Counted from the first letter of the stretch, positions 9,136 through 18,618 are shown. The stretch: DNA of 64,000 bases from an uncultured virus (IMG/VR IMGVR_UViG_3300024306_000016) (IMGVR_UViG_3300024306_000016), one strand, 5' to 3'. The notes: generated from the letters alone by a model not told the origin. Numbers and translations: made by a program.

Positions 9136-10696
9136 CGTAGGTAACGTCAAAAGTGATCGTACCAGTGGCCCCAGAAGAGAGAGGGTTCTGATATGACAAC
9201 ACTATTGTATCAATGCCACTGTCGGCATCGTTATCGGTAAGTGTAGCTGTAAACTGAAAGTTTGTCATTCGTATTCCCTCCGGTGATGTTGCATCGATGA
9301 CTGAATAGTGATAGTTATCGCTAACGGATACTTCTCCTTTATAGTCTCCGATGGTTAGGATCAGTTGTCCTAGTCTTGAATGTGGTCCTAGTTCTAAGAA
9401 ATAGTTTACTACTAGGTATTTGTTGAAAGCAGATAATACTGTCAACGGTCTGTAACTGTCTGAAAGATATATATTGGCTTTGATTCTATCGGTAAAGTTT
9501 ACCTTAGAACCGTTGTATACTTCTGTGACCGATGCCACGGTGTCAGAAGAAACGATTCCTGCGGCCTGCTGCCTATCACTGGTGCAGTTTAGTACTATAT
9601 TGTTAGAGCTTTCGCCAAAGTAAACTATCTGTGTAGTTGGTGATGCTGCGGTTCCAGTACCGTTACCGCAGTTTATAAAACGAGTGTCTCTGATTAATGT
9701 GTCAGTGCCGTATGTAGATCTAAATGCCTGATGATGCATCTGTTCAAACACAGTGTCAGAGATAGTCCATTTATTTGATTGTAATGTTACGCCATTGATA
9801 TAGATTGCTGTATAGTTTATAAAGAACTTACATTCTTGTATCTGAAGACGAGTTTCAAATGCATTAGATTGAATAGCTGCCATTGCGATACTTACAGAAT
9901 CAAATGTGCATCTTTTAAAATTAACATCAGTGACTGCTGTACCGATGATGTTATTGCTCCAAGCTACCACAGATTTCTCTGAGTCTATATTAGACACCGT
10001 GGTTCCTAGCGTATAGTTTCCTTTAAATGTTATGTCAGTGAAACTAGAGTTAGCAACACCTGTTAATACAACCTGACCTGTAGTTCTTAGTATGGTTAGA
10101 TTAGAAATATCTATATTGCTTGGTCTATTTGAGCTGTCAAAGAAAATAGCTTCTTGCCCAGCTGATGTGACAAAACGAATATTGTTGCTGCCAATATTAA
10201 TCTTAGCTCCCATCGGTGTCTCGCCTCTAATGATAGTTCCGCTAGGAATAGCGAGAGCGTTAGAGATAAGATATGTTCCGTTAGGAATCATTAAAACTTT
10301 TTTATATTTAGGATTAGCATTTCTAAACAGTTGCGAAAATGCTGTTTCAAAAGCAGTAGTACAATCAGTAGACCCGTCACCTACCGCGCCAAAATCAACT
10401 ACGCTGACATATTCGTCTAGCTTGCTTTGAAAGCCTCTAGGAATACTTTGCGTGATGCTAGTATCTGTGGATGCAAACTGATAAGTTCCTGCTAGATCTA
10501 GAATGTTATCGTGTTCAGTAAGGATCTTGGTGTTGCCTACGTAAGGAGCACCTTCAGAAACGCTGCCGTTACCGATAAAAAGTTCTTGCGTATCGATGGC
10601 CCACGCGAACTCTGCAGAACTTAGTTGCGGAATACCACTATTTGAGTTTTTTTGTCCTCTTCGGACTTGAATTTTAGAGATCTGTACGACGGCCAT
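9128..10696 (-). CDS. tail fibre/spike-like virion protein with beta-helix domain
   Basis: N-terminal IQVRRG...L...EFAWAIDTQELFIGNG (Mtd-N-like); VSVVDFGAVGDGSTDCT pectate-lyase-3-type beta-helix start. Confidence 0.75.
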   Translation of the reverse strand: MAVVQISKIQVRRGQKNSNSGIPQLSSAEFAWAIDTQELFIGNGSVSEGAPYVGNTKILTEHDNILDLAGTYQFASTDTSITQSIPRGFQSKLDEYVSVVDFGAVGDGSTDCTTAFETAFSQLFRNANPKYKKVLMIPNGTYLISNALAIPSGTIIRGETPMGAKINIGSNNIRFVTSAGQEAIFFDSSNRPSNIDISNLTILRTTGQVVLTGVANSSFTDITFKGNYTLGTTVSNIDSEKSVVAWSNNIIGTAVTDVNFKRCTFDSVSIAMAAIQSNAFETRLQIQECKFFINYTAIYINGVTLQSNKWTISDTVFEQMHHQAFRSTYGTDTLIRDTRFINCGNGTGTAASPTTQIVYFGESSNNIVLNCTSDRQQAAGIVSSDTVASVTEVYNGSKVNFTDRIKANIYLSDSYRPLTVLSAFNKYLVVNYFLELGPHSRLGQLILTIGDYKGEVSVSDNYHYSVIDATSPEGIRMTNFQFTATLTDNDADSGIDTIVLSYQNPLSSGATGTITFDVTYGV

Positions 10697-10720
10697 AGAT
10701 TTATACCCTTGTTAGAGTAT

Positions 10721-11431
10721 TTATCTTAGACTGTTGTAGTATTCCTCTACCTTGTTGAGCCACAGATCTTGGTATTTGTTAAAGTCGCTGGGCATAAGAT
10801 CAAACTGCTGATATTCAAAAGCCCTAGAACACATGAAGACTACACCCCGACGGATGTCTGTACCGTAGACTTCATTATGTGCTAGTATATAGGCTACTAA
10901 CTGCATCTTGTAATCTTCAACCCATTCTTCTTTCTTGGGCTTGTTAGTCTGCTTGTAATCCATTACTGCTGGTTCACCATTATACACACCGACAAGGTCT
11001 GTAGTGCCCGAATACAATCCCGGGAAGTAAAGGCTCTGTTCCATAGCCCACACTTCATTTACAGAGCTTAGACCGTTGCTGATGATAATATCAGCCATCT
11101 TATGTGCCTGTACCTGCACAGGATGTTGGCCCGGTAAACGGTTTATGCCAGCAATAAATCTTTCTAGGTTGGCATGCATAGCTGTCCCTATGCCAGCAGC
11201 CTCTGTGGTGATTTCTTTGGCCTTGGCTTCTCCTACTCGTTTCTTCCACTCATTAAGTGCTGTCATATCTTTGGTAGCACTGAGAATAGTTGTAACGCTA
11301 GGGAGGCTTTCACCGTCAGGAGTTAGATAAACTCTCTTGCGTGTGACTGGATCATTGACCTGTGTACATTTCTTATATTGAAACTTTTCAATAAAAGGTG
11401 GGGGAGCTATAGTTTGAATATTCATATTCAT
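10721..11431 (-). CDS. PD-(D/E)XK exonuclease (Cas4-like fold)
   Basis: PSVTTIL, GTAMH, GTTDLV, DYKQ, QLVAY; sigma70-like promoter just upstream. Confidence 0.85.
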   Translation of the reverse strand: MNMNIQTIAPPPFIEKFQYKKCTQVNDPVTRKRVYLTPDGESLPSVTTILSATKDMTALNEWKKRVGEAKAKEITTEAAGIGTAMHANLERFIAGINRLPGQHPVQVQAHKMADIIISNGLSSVNEVWAMEQSLYFPGLYSGTTDLVGVYNGEPAVMDYKQTNKPKKEEWVEDYKMQLVAYILAHNEVYGTDIRRGVVFMCSRAFEYQQFDLMPSDFNKYQDLWLNKVEEYYNSLR

Positions 11432-11458
11432 ATATAGTATAGGATTGTTTTAGAAATG

Positions 11459-11851
11459 TCAAGCCTGGACGCCGGCTTGTGCTTGTGCTAGTTGTTTGGG
11501 GGCTGCGCTAGATGCTATCTTATCTACAGCATCTGCGCTTGTTTCGCCGCTGTTTACAGGAGTCTGTTCTTCTTCGCTGTCTGGGGCGCCAGGAACCTTT
11601 AGTTCCATACCGTTGGCATTAAAGTTTTTAACTAGGTTTTGTAGTATAGGATATTGATCATACATAGACTTAAAAGTTTCGTAGTCTGCTCCAAACTCAA
11701 AGCCTGTGTCTTTGCTCATCTGTGCTACTGCATTCCAGTTTAACTTAGCCGGTGCTTTTTTACTGGCTGCACGGCCAATGTGATTTCTTAGTGCGATTAT
11801 AAACTTGTCTATATTCGCATCATTAGAATCTATAAATTCAAAAAATCTCAT
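11459..11851 (-). CDS. putative head/internal virion protein
   Basis: N-terminus MRFFEFIDS resembles the T4 capsid-targeting sequence; late operon. Confidence 0.55.
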   Translation of the reverse strand: MRFFEFIDSNDANIDKFIIALRNHIGRAASKKAPAKLNWNAVAQMSKDTGFEFGADYETFKSMYDQYPILQNLVKNFNANGMELKVPGAPDSEEEQTPVNSGETSADAVDKIASSAAPKQLAQAQAGVQA

Positions 11852-12135
11852 TTCATTGTCGCCAGTTGTTTTTGCTGATCGGCCAGTTGCTTCTGTAGTT
11901 CTACTATCTGCTGTTGTGTCTGCTTGATTTGATCAGTCAGTTCTTTTTTCTTGTTCTGTCTATCCAAGGCCTGTTGAGCCTGCATCTTTGCAGCCGCTTG
12001 AGGATCCTGTGTCGCTTGTGCAGCACCCGGTGCAGCAGCACCTGGAGCAGGAGCAGTTCCAGGAGTTGCTGATGCACCCATTGGTTGGGTCGATGAAGCT
12101 GCATCGGCTTCATGGACTAGATCAGAAAATCTCAT
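11848..12135 (-). CDS. putative internal virion protein (Ala/Pro-rich, coiled coil)
   Basis: MRFSDLVHE N-terminus; Gln-rich coiled-coil C-terminus. Confidence 0.55.
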   Translation of the reverse strand: MRFSDLVHEADAASSTQPMGASATPGTAPAPGAAAPGAAQATQDPQAAAKMQAQQALDRQNKKKELTDQIKQTQQQIVELQKQLADQQKQLATMK

Positions 12136-13079
12136 TATCCAGCCAATACTTTTAGTAGACGATTCTGATATTCAATGCTTTCGCGTTGTTCACGGCCTGT
12201 GGTTTCCATTCCACCAGCTGCTGGTTCAGCTGCTCCGAAATCGTCTCCGCCGATCGCACCTTCTTCGTCTGGGTTCATCATGTCTGGTTCTGCTGGGCCC
12301 ATTTCATCGCCGCCCATTTCACCGCCAGCTGGCTCACCGCCTAGCATATCTGCAGGTGCTTCGCCGCTAGCAAGACTGCGCACACCACTTGACACTGTGT
12401 CGCGAGTTTGCTTTAGATTTTCTAGTGCTTGTTGGATAGCAGGTGCGCAAGTGCTGATAAAGCTCTTGGCCTGCTCTTGGCCCATTTCGTCACGGATCTG
12501 ATCGCCTAGTTGGAGAAGGGTTTCATTTTCCATACCGGAAAGTTCTTCAATCCAACGGCCGATTCTATCCACCATGGTCTTAGCGGTTACGATCGCACTG
12601 GCCTGTTGGATCTCACCTTCTCTTAGTTTAGTCATGTTATCTCCTGTTTGGGTTGACTCATTCTTGTTCTTATGCTTCCATGCTGTTGCATAAGCAATAG
12701 ATTTTTCTTTGTCTGATAGTTTACCATCTTTGGCATAGCCTTTTTTGATATGCTTTACCATACGTTCGTACTTATCGCCCGGAGGAGCATCCTCTACAGC
12801 GATTGGTTCTTCTACGGGAGCTTCTGATCTAGTAAGAAGCTCGGCGTTGATAGCATCTAGCATGTACTGTGCTTCTAGATACGCTTCATTTTCTACGTCT
12901 TCGTTGAACCCGGACTGTGAACGAACTTGGCTGAGCTGTGTGCGTAGCTTGTTCCTAGCATCTTCTAGCTGTTCTTGGCTAAAAGATTCTAGATTTAGCT
13001 TTCTGCCAAAGGTCTTTTCCAGAGCTTCGTTGAGCTTCTCGGGTGTTCTGTTAATCTTAAAAATATCTGTTGTTTTCAT
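12135..13079 (-). CDS. putative prohead core/scaffold-like protein
   Basis: Acidic and helical; C-terminal RLLKVLAG; TAAATA at 13105; internal SD plus in-frame ATG at 12635. Confidence 0.55.
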   Translation of the reverse strand: MKTTDIFKINRTPEKLNEALEKTFGRKLNLESFSQEQLEDARNKLRTQLSQVRSQSGFNEDVENEAYLEAQYMLDAINAELLTRSEAPVEEPIAVEDAPPGDKYERMVKHIKKGYAKDGKLSDKEKSIAYATAWKHKNKNESTQTGDNMTKLREGEIQQASAIVTAKTMVDRIGRWIEELSGMENETLLQLGDQIRDEMGQEQAKSFISTCAPAIQQALENLKQTRDTVSSGVRSLASGEAPADMLGGEPAGGEMGGDEMGPAEPDMMNPDEEGAIGGDDFGAAEPAAGGMETTGREQRESIEYQNRLLKVLAG

Positions 13080-13107
13080 TTGTCCGGATCCAGATGTTGT
13101 CTAGTAT

Positions 13108-13539
13108 TTATTCAATCCTCGATAAAGTTTGGGCGCGGTTCTTGGCAGCTACAGCCCGTTCTCTGCTTTCTACGTAGCGAGCCCAGAATATATCTGCCCT
13201 TGAATGACTGCCCGAATCTACAGCTTTTTGGTACATAGATCGTAGGTGTTGGCTATCTTGATACCATTTGCCGTACTCGTGGTCTTCGTTGTATATCTTG
13301 TCTGCAAGTATGTGGCTCTGTCTTTTAGCTATGATGTTGGCTATAGCGATAGCTGCAACATTAAGGCTTATTTCTTTGTAAAGCAAACGATCGTTTTGAT
13401 AGATATGTTTGATCGGCCCATCACTGACTATTAGTACATCACCTACTAGAATACCCTTGTCCGTTTTCACGGGCAATATTGGGCCTTTACGGATTATCGA
13501 TTGTAATCGTTTTTCTAGTTGTTTTGATACTTCAGTCAT
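13108..13539 (-). CDS. hypothetical protein
   Basis: 143 aa ORF with TAAATA upstream. Confidence 0.7.
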   Translation of the reverse strand: MTEVSKQLEKRLQSIIRKGPILPVKTDKGILVGDVLIVSDGPIKHIYQNDRLLYKEISLNVAAIAIANIIAKRQSHILADKIYNEDHEYGKWYQDSQHLRSMYQKAVDSGSHSRADIFWARYVESRERAVAAKNRAQTLSRIE

Positions 13540-13540
13540 A

Positions 13541-13565
13541 AAAAAAGGACCTATGGTCCTTTATT
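13541..13565 (-). terminator. intrinsic terminator
   Basis: AAGGACC-TAT-GGTCCTT hairpin with flanking A run (U tract on minus strand). Confidence 0.65.
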
Positions 13566-13580
13566 TAACTGCGTATATTT

Positions 13581-13826
13581 TCATCCCATCTTCATTAGGA
13601 TCGTTATTACTATACCTAGAACTCCTGCGATAACAGTACCTGCAGTTCCAATAATAACTTTGGTCATTGACTTTTGACCTTCGATGATATCTTTATGTAC
13701 GTCACTTACCTTTTTTTCTAGGCTAGTGAGTCGTGTATCTAAGGTAAGATAACGCATAGCACACAGATCAACGTGTGCTTCCAGGCTTTCTTTTTCTAGT
13801 TTCGTAGTCTGTGATAAATCAGACAT
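13581..13826 (-). CDS. coiled-coil protein with C-terminal TM helix (holin/XhlA-like)
   Basis: LEAHVDLCAMRY coiled coil then hydrophobic C-terminus; GGAG SD before ATG 13826. Confidence 0.55.
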   Translation of the reverse strand: MSDLSQTTKLEKESLEAHVDLCAMRYLTLDTRLTSLEKKVSDVHKDIIEGQKSMTKVIIGTAGTVIAGVLGIVITILMKMG

Positions 13827-13888
13827 AAAGATATTTCTCCAATAAAAATATGGATGCCTAACAATACGCCTGAACAATGCCTGATACT

Positions 13889-14212
13889 TTATTTATCTTT
13901 CGATAAAAGATCTTGTACTATGCTTCTTATGCCTTTGATATCTTTAAGAACATCATCTACACCGTCTTTGGTTTTATCCCATTGATTAACTAGATTCTTC
14001 AATACAAACATTACCCACCACCACCAAAGTACCGCTACCATAAACATAATAGTCTCACCGATGATCATGGCATAACCAAAGATCGTCTTATCATAAAATG
14101 CCCATACGAAAAAAATGCCTGCTAGTGCTGATATTGGGAGTACGGCCGCGGCCCAAGCCCAGCAACGGATTTGGGTTATGGTCTTATCCCTAAAGTTGTT
14201 TAAAAATGCCAT
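13889..14212 (-). CDS. membrane protein (2 TM)
   Basis: Two hydrophobic segments and a coiled-coil tail. Confidence 0.6.
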   Translation of the reverse strand: MAFLNNFRDKTITQIRCWAWAAAVLPISALAGIFFVWAFYDKTIFGYAMIIGETIMFMVAVLWWWWVMFVLKNLVNQWDKTKDGVDDVLKDIKGIRSIVQDLLSKDK

Positions 14213-14272
14213 AATGGTCTGCCTCTTTATGAAAATATTTAAGGCATTTTGGCGAGAAATTTTAACTAGAGA

Positions 14273-14668
14273 TTATGGAACTATCTCTATGAAGGTATTG
14301 AAGTTGTCTCCTTTAACAAGGAAACAGGCAGGATCTAGATCTGCGTCATCATCGAGTAGAGTAACTATTGGCACTGCATGTAGGTCGTCAACTAATAGCC
14401 CTACAGGATCATCGTCTTTAAGAAACTCATCTACACGTTCTGTATCAAACTCCCAAGTCCAATGATTGGCCTTACCTTTGAATGGACGGGGTAGACTTCC
14501 TGTACGCATCTTTGGATCACTGGCCCAACTTACGTTAGCTCTTAGACCAATAGCCTGTATGAGACTGTTAAAGTTGGCTTGTTGTCCAATCTTCTTTTTA
14601 TCAGTTTCTGAACGTGTGACCTGTGTACGAGTAATGTCCACAAGAGTAATGATTTTATATCGTGCCAT
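14273..14668 (-). CDS. hypothetical phage protein
   Basis: TLVDIT...QQANFNSLIQAIGLRAN; TAAATA upstream. Confidence 0.7.
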   Translation of the reverse strand: MARYKIITLVDITRTQVTRSETDKKKIGQQANFNSLIQAIGLRANVSWASDPKMRTGSLPRPFKGKANHWTWEFDTERVDEFLKDDDPVGLLVDDLHAVPIVTLLDDDADLDPACFLVKGDNFNTFIEIVP

Positions 14669-14707
14669 AATGTGCTATTATTTACTCTACAGAAAAAGAA
14701 GTCAACA

Positions 14708-14730
14708 AAAAAGGACCTTTCGGTCCTTTA
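14708..14730 (-). terminator. intrinsic terminator
   Basis: Minus strand AAAGGACC-GAAA-GGTCCTTTTTT after gene 14761-15141. Confidence 0.75.
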
Positions 14731-14760
14731 ATGCTTCCCATCCCTGAGAATATCTTAAGA

Positions 14761-15141
14761 TTAAGATGTTTGGAAAACTGCTGTAGTTACAGTAGCACCG
14801 TTACCTGTTACAGCTTCGATAGCTGCTTCTAGGTCAGCCACTGCGTTTGCGTTTGTTAGTGCGTCATCAGTTGTCTTAGTTTCTTCTGTTCCCTTGCTGA
14901 TAGCAACAACCATGAAGTTTGCTGCGGTTGTTTGAGAATAGTGTACTTCTGCAACGCTTTGGATACCACGTAGTACTTGTGCGTATACGCTGTTAGCATT
15001 GCCTGGGTTAGTACCAACGCCTGTGAACTGAACTTTGTACCACTGTAGTTCACGAATACCATATGCAAATGGTGTAACTGCTTTCTGATAGTTAGCGCCA
15101 ACGGTTGTTGAGCCAACTGCTAATGAGGTAATATCTGCCAT
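14761..15141 (-). CDS. abundant small virion protein (head-decoration-like)
   Basis: Ala/Thr/Val-rich, strongly biased codons, own TATAAATA (15186-15193), AAGGAG SD and terminator. Confidence 0.55.
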   Translation of the reverse strand: MADITSLAVGSTTVGANYQKAVTPFAYGIRELQWYKVQFTGVGTNPGNANSVYAQVLRGIQSVAEVHYSQTTAANFMVVAISKGTEETKTTDDALTNANAVADLEAAIEAVTGNGATVTTAVFQTS

Positions 15142-15223
15142 TTTAGTTTCTCCTTAAATATAGTCCCGCTCCGGGACCGGCATAGTATTTATATTTTGGA
15201 GGAAAAATCAGGCGATTAGAGCC

Positions 15224-16342
15224 TTAATCTGCTCGGAATGGAGTCCAGCGATCTCGTGGAACTAGCTTGACGCTTTCAGGTCCGTGTACATAACCCTCGC
15301 CGCCGGGCTTACCTCCGGTGTGAGCAGCTATATCACCGCCAGCTTGATCTAGCTCTGCGATAACTTCATTCTTGGCTTTCATCAACTCACGCACTAGGAC
15401 AAACATATTATCCATGACTCCCTGATGCTGTTGATTTAGTGATGCTATCTTAGCCTGCTTAGGTGCGCTGACTTTGCTGCCCTTGATCCATTCAAAGAAG
15501 TCCTTGCTGCTTAGACTATCTAATGCCTTGTCTCTACTGCGTTGATTAACATAGGTATAGATTATATTCTGTAGATCACTGAGTCCTTGTGTAGGAGTTA
15601 GCAGTTGATCTATCTTCTGTGCATAGCTGTTAGCTAGCTTTTCTATAGTACCTATGTTGTCTGCGTTGACAGCAGGTTGATGGCTAACATAGGTCTGACC
15701 AAACACTACTAGATCCGGGGATCCATTAAACTGTTTTACATCTGCTAGATCTTCTCCGCTCTTATCACCAAAGTAATCTAGATGTTTATGAGCAGCCACA
15801 GCTACCTTAGCCTTGCCTAATCTACGTCCTACTTCGCTAGCACCTTTAACTTCATAGGTAGTTTGGTTAGGAGTAAAGATTAGTTTACCATCACGACCTT
15901 CGTAGGGTTTGCCTGGATGGAATAAGATATCTCCGTAGATATAACCACGGAAGTCTTTAGGCGTAGCACGTTCGAATATAGGCCATAGGCTGGCCATATC
16001 ACCAGCAAACTTTTCACGCCAGTCCTCGCCTTTGCCGCGACTCATGATAAACTGTTTAAGTTCTTCTGGACTAGAACTGCGCCCTTCTTCACGACCCCAG
16101 TTGTTCTTGCCAACCATACGGAAGGTACCGTCTTCGTCTCTACCCCAATATACTGTAGGATTTCCATCCCACTTGATGCTGATGTTTTTGGCATCAGCTG
16201 AAATATTCTTTAATACGCTGACAGCACGTAAAGCACCACGAGGTTCTGTGAATACTAGATCTTCTAGATGGTTGAACTCTCGGCCGACTTTCTTAGGAGC
16301 AGAGGGAGCTAGATCTTCTGTTAAAAACTCAAAAGCTCTCAT
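15224..16342 (-). CDS. ATP-dependent ligase-like nucleotidyltransferase (DUF6267-like)
   Basis: NHLEDL, motif-I-like SIKWDG, YGDILF, GEGYV, VKLV; capsid-targeting-like MRAFEFLTE. Confidence 0.6.
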   Translation of the reverse strand: MRAFEFLTEDLAPSAPKKVGREFNHLEDLVFTEPRGALRAVSVLKNISADAKNISIKWDGNPTVYWGRDEDGTFRMVGKNNWGREEGRSSSPEELKQFIMSRGKGEDWREKFAGDMASLWPIFERATPKDFRGYIYGDILFHPGKPYEGRDGKLIFTPNQTTYEVKGASEVGRRLGKAKVAVAAHKHLDYFGDKSGEDLADVKQFNGSPDLVVFGQTYVSHQPAVNADNIGTIEKLANSYAQKIDQLLTPTQGLSDLQNIIYTYVNQRSRDKALDSLSSKDFFEWIKGSKVSAPKQAKIASLNQQHQGVMDNMFVLVRELMKAKNEVIAELDQAGGDIAAHTGGKPGGEGYVHGPESVKLVPRDRWTPFRAD

Positions 16343-17109
16343 TTAATAATCTCTATCATCCTACGGAACCATGCGCCAGTTCCTGGTACAAAACTTTCTA
16401 CCTTGCCTGCCTCTGGAAGTTTCAATCCTTCTCTTCCTAGTGTTTCTCTAGCATCTGCGACTAGCTCTTCGTAGTTAGGTAGCTTGATGATATAATCGAT
16501 TACAGCTTCTGGATCTTGTAGATTCTTAGGACTAGCTGTTTGTCCTAGCAGCTTCTTAGCTATTTCGTTTGGATCTTTGGTAATAAGTTCTTTGCCGTCG
16601 CCACTCATTAATCCATTGTTAGGACTCCACTTCATACCACGTGCTTTGGCTATGCTTGCTAACAATACGTGTCTATGGCTTCCTTTTAACTCGCTGCCTT
16701 CTTTGCCGCCTTGTAGGCTCCAGCGAAGCCACGATGGTTCACCAAACATAAAGTCTGCTTGTACGAATCCGTTATCTGGATTACCTTTGATAGGAGTTTT
16801 GAAGTGTACAGATATACCGCTTTTCTTAACCCATTCTTTTGGATTACCACCGTCCTTGGCAATGTAGTCCATAAGACGTTGTGCGAACTCATTTTTGTTT
16901 ACAGCATTAGCATCTACAGCTAGATCTAGATCTCCACTGGTTTCTTTTTTGCCAGTCGTTCCTAGCATGTTATCAGTAAGTTCAAGTCCTGTAACTTTTT
17001 CTAGCCACTGTACTGTGGGCAGAACGTCCGCTTTATTAATGCGTACTGTTAGAACTGTACCGGCATCATCTTTGAAGATATTGCCGCCTTCAAATAGTAA
17101 GTCACTCAT
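16339..17109 (-). CDS. Pol-beta superfamily nucleotidyltransferase
   Basis: LGTTGKKETSGDLDLAVD signature plus VQADF third Asp. Confidence 0.7.
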   Translation of the reverse strand: MSDLLFEGGNIFKDDAGTVLTVRINKADVLPTVQWLEKVTGLELTDNMLGTTGKKETSGDLDLAVDANAVNKNEFAQRLMDYIAKDGGNPKEWVKKSGISVHFKTPIKGNPDNGFVQADFMFGEPSWLRWSLQGGKEGSELKGSHRHVLLASIAKARGMKWSPNNGLMSGDGKELITKDPNEIAKKLLGQTASPKNLQDPEAVIDYIIKLPNYEELVADARETLGREGLKLPEAGKVESFVPGTGAWFRRMIEIIK

Positions 17110-17386
17110 TGTTTGATTCTTCTAGTTTTCTTTTTGCTTTGCGAGATTCTGATATCTTGCGTATTCCGCGGGTGAACTTAGCAGGATCTGCACCTTTGAT
17201 AGCATTGATAAAGCGACGTTCTAGCTCATCTGCCATTTCTGGGTCGTAGGCCTTATGAATGCTTTCTAGCAGATTGATAGCAGAGTTGATGATATTGGTT
17301 GCTCTGCTTTCATACAGGGCATCCTTGTTTCGAACTTCTGCTAACTCATTAAGCTCTTGTAATATTGATCTAGTTTTTACTTTCAT
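17102..17386 (-). CDS. hypothetical phage protein
   Basis: 94 aa helical ORF; TAAATA at 17408. Confidence 0.7.
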   Translation of the reverse strand: MKVKTRSILQELNELAEVRNKDALYESRATNIINSAINLLESIHKAYDPEMADELERRFINAIKGADPAKFTRGIRKISESRKAKRKLEESNNE

Positions 17387-17460
17387 TGCTGTTCCGAGTC
17401 GTTATTGTATTTAACTCAAATACGTTTTAGTTTAAACAAAAGATTTGGCTGTGTCAACAC

Positions 17461-17498
17461 TTGCTTTTTGTGCGGTTGCACAATACTATGTATAAATA
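17461..17498 (+). promoter_or_regulatory. sigma70-like promoter with palindromic operator, plus late promoter
   Basis: TTGCTT-17-TACTAT with TTGTGC-GGTT-GCACAA (17468-17483) in the spacer; TATAAATA 17491-17498. Confidence 0.55.
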
Positions 17499-17547
17499 CA
17501 TTAGTAGAAACCATGAGTTACTACACACACATACGGAGATTCACATA

Positions 17548-17727
17548 ATGAATAAACTATCAGCAAAAATGCTATCGCTATTGGAGCGACTAGCAGAAAT
17601 GTTTCCTAAGCAACATTACCAAACTCGCTTAGAGCAGTATATCAACAGCAAACGTCCAACCAACGCTGCAGAAGTAGAATATTGGCAGCGTGAGTATGAT
17701 GCTCACCAATGGGGGCGCGGACTATGA
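17548..17727 (+). CDS. DUF3563-like small protein
   Basis: LLERLAEMF...RLEQYINS...AEVEYWQREYD pattern; GGAG SD. Confidence 0.5.
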   Translation: MNKLSAKMLSLLERLAEMFPKQHYQTRLEQYINSKRPTNAAEVEYWQREYDAHQWGRGL

Positions 17728-17828
17728 TTAAAGTTTTTAAAAGCATCTATGAGTTTTTAATCGCTTGTTCGGAGTCGCTTTATGAATACAAAAAATCACA
17801 GTACAGCAAACGATACGGCGGATACTGA
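17724..17828 (+). CDS. small hypothetical protein (34 aa, not in track)
   Basis: MIKVFKSIYEFLIACSESLYEYKKSQYSKRYGGY; ATGA overlap. Confidence 0.5.
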   Translation: MIKVFKSIYEFLIACSESLYEYKKSQYSKRYGGY

Positions 17829-17841
17829 GGAGGCTTGGCCC

Positions 17842-17907
17842 ATGCATGAGAAGATCTGCTTATGGGCCATCCTAGGTATGATTTGTTATCTGGTTATCGC
17901 AGGTTAA
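17842..17907 (+). CDS. tiny hydrophobic peptide (21 aa)
   Basis: MHEKICLWAILGMICYLVIAG behind GAGGAGG. Confidence 0.4.
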   Translation: MHEKICLWAILGMICYLVIAG

Positions 17908-18023
17908 CAAATCTTGCCATTGTATCTGTTTTTAGTTGTTTTTTTGCGATAAGAGATATATAATAACACATCAACGAAAAAGAAGTAGTTGATAGTGAAC
18001 AGACAAACACACAGGAGAAAAAT

Positions 18024-18245
18024 ATGTTTACACCAGATTTTTACATCGAATCAATCCAGAATGCCAAGAAGGCCGTAGCCAATGCTGTTATCGCTGATAA
18101 AGCATTGAACAAAGCAGCTCATTCTTATATCGACGCTCAGACAGCGTTCGCAAAAGTTCTAGTAAGTAACACTATCGAAGTCACTCGCTTTGCGGTTGAA
18201 AAAGCTTCAACAGTGTTGTTTTCAAGAAAGGACGCAACCGCCTAA
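18024..18245 (+). CDS. phasin-like amphipathic helical protein
   Basis: Ala-rich helical 73 aa; leader AACAGACAAACACACAGGAGA, near-repeated before the next gene. Confidence 0.45.
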   Translation: MFTPDFYIESIQNAKKAVANAVIADKALNKAAHSYIDAQTAFAKVLVSNTIEVTRFAVEKASTVLFSRKDATA

Positions 18246-18278
18246 GGTTGAACAGACATACACACAAAGGAGATTATT

Positions 18279-18551
18279 ATGTCAAATAACGGTTTAGAAA
18301 TGAAACTACCAGAAGTAAAGTTTAATAAGAACGGATATGAAATCCGCACAGATATTCTAGCAATGGCCAAAGACTTGGTCCAGAGCGAATATCATGTTAA
18401 GTTCCAGGGTTGGGAAATGTCAACTAAGCGAGACGAGAAGACAGGTCAGATCGTATCTAAGGTTGATATGCCTGAGTTTCCAGGACTAGATAAGGTGTTA
18501 GAAACCGCAGAAAAAATGTACGCCTTCGTTAACAGTGGCGTGAAGAAATAA
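18279..18551 (+). CDS. conserved phage hypothetical protein
   Basis: KNGYEIRTDILAMAKD...VLETAEKMYAFVN; AAGGAG SD. Confidence 0.7.
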   Translation: MSNNGLEMKLPEVKFNKNGYEIRTDILAMAKDLVQSEYHVKFQGWEMSTKRDEKTGQIVSKVDMPEFPGLDKVLETAEKMYAFVNSGVKK

Positions 18552-18588
18552 TATTACCCGCATAGCGGCATATTATATTGGTAGAAAG

Positions 18589-18618
18589 AAAAAGGACATC
18601 TCCGGATGTCCTTTTTTA
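18589..18618. terminator. bidirectional intrinsic terminator
   Basis: AAAAAGGACATC-TCCG-GATGTCCTTTTTT between convergent genes. Confidence 0.85.

Noticed and set aside
9128..10696. Diversity-generating retroelement target
   Set aside because: Only the N-terminus is Mtd-like; no reverse transcriptase or TR/VR pair seen in the window
10721..11431. Cas4 as part of a CRISPR system
   Set aside because: Stand-alone phage PD-(D/E)XK exonuclease lacking the Fe-S Cys set; no array or other cas genes
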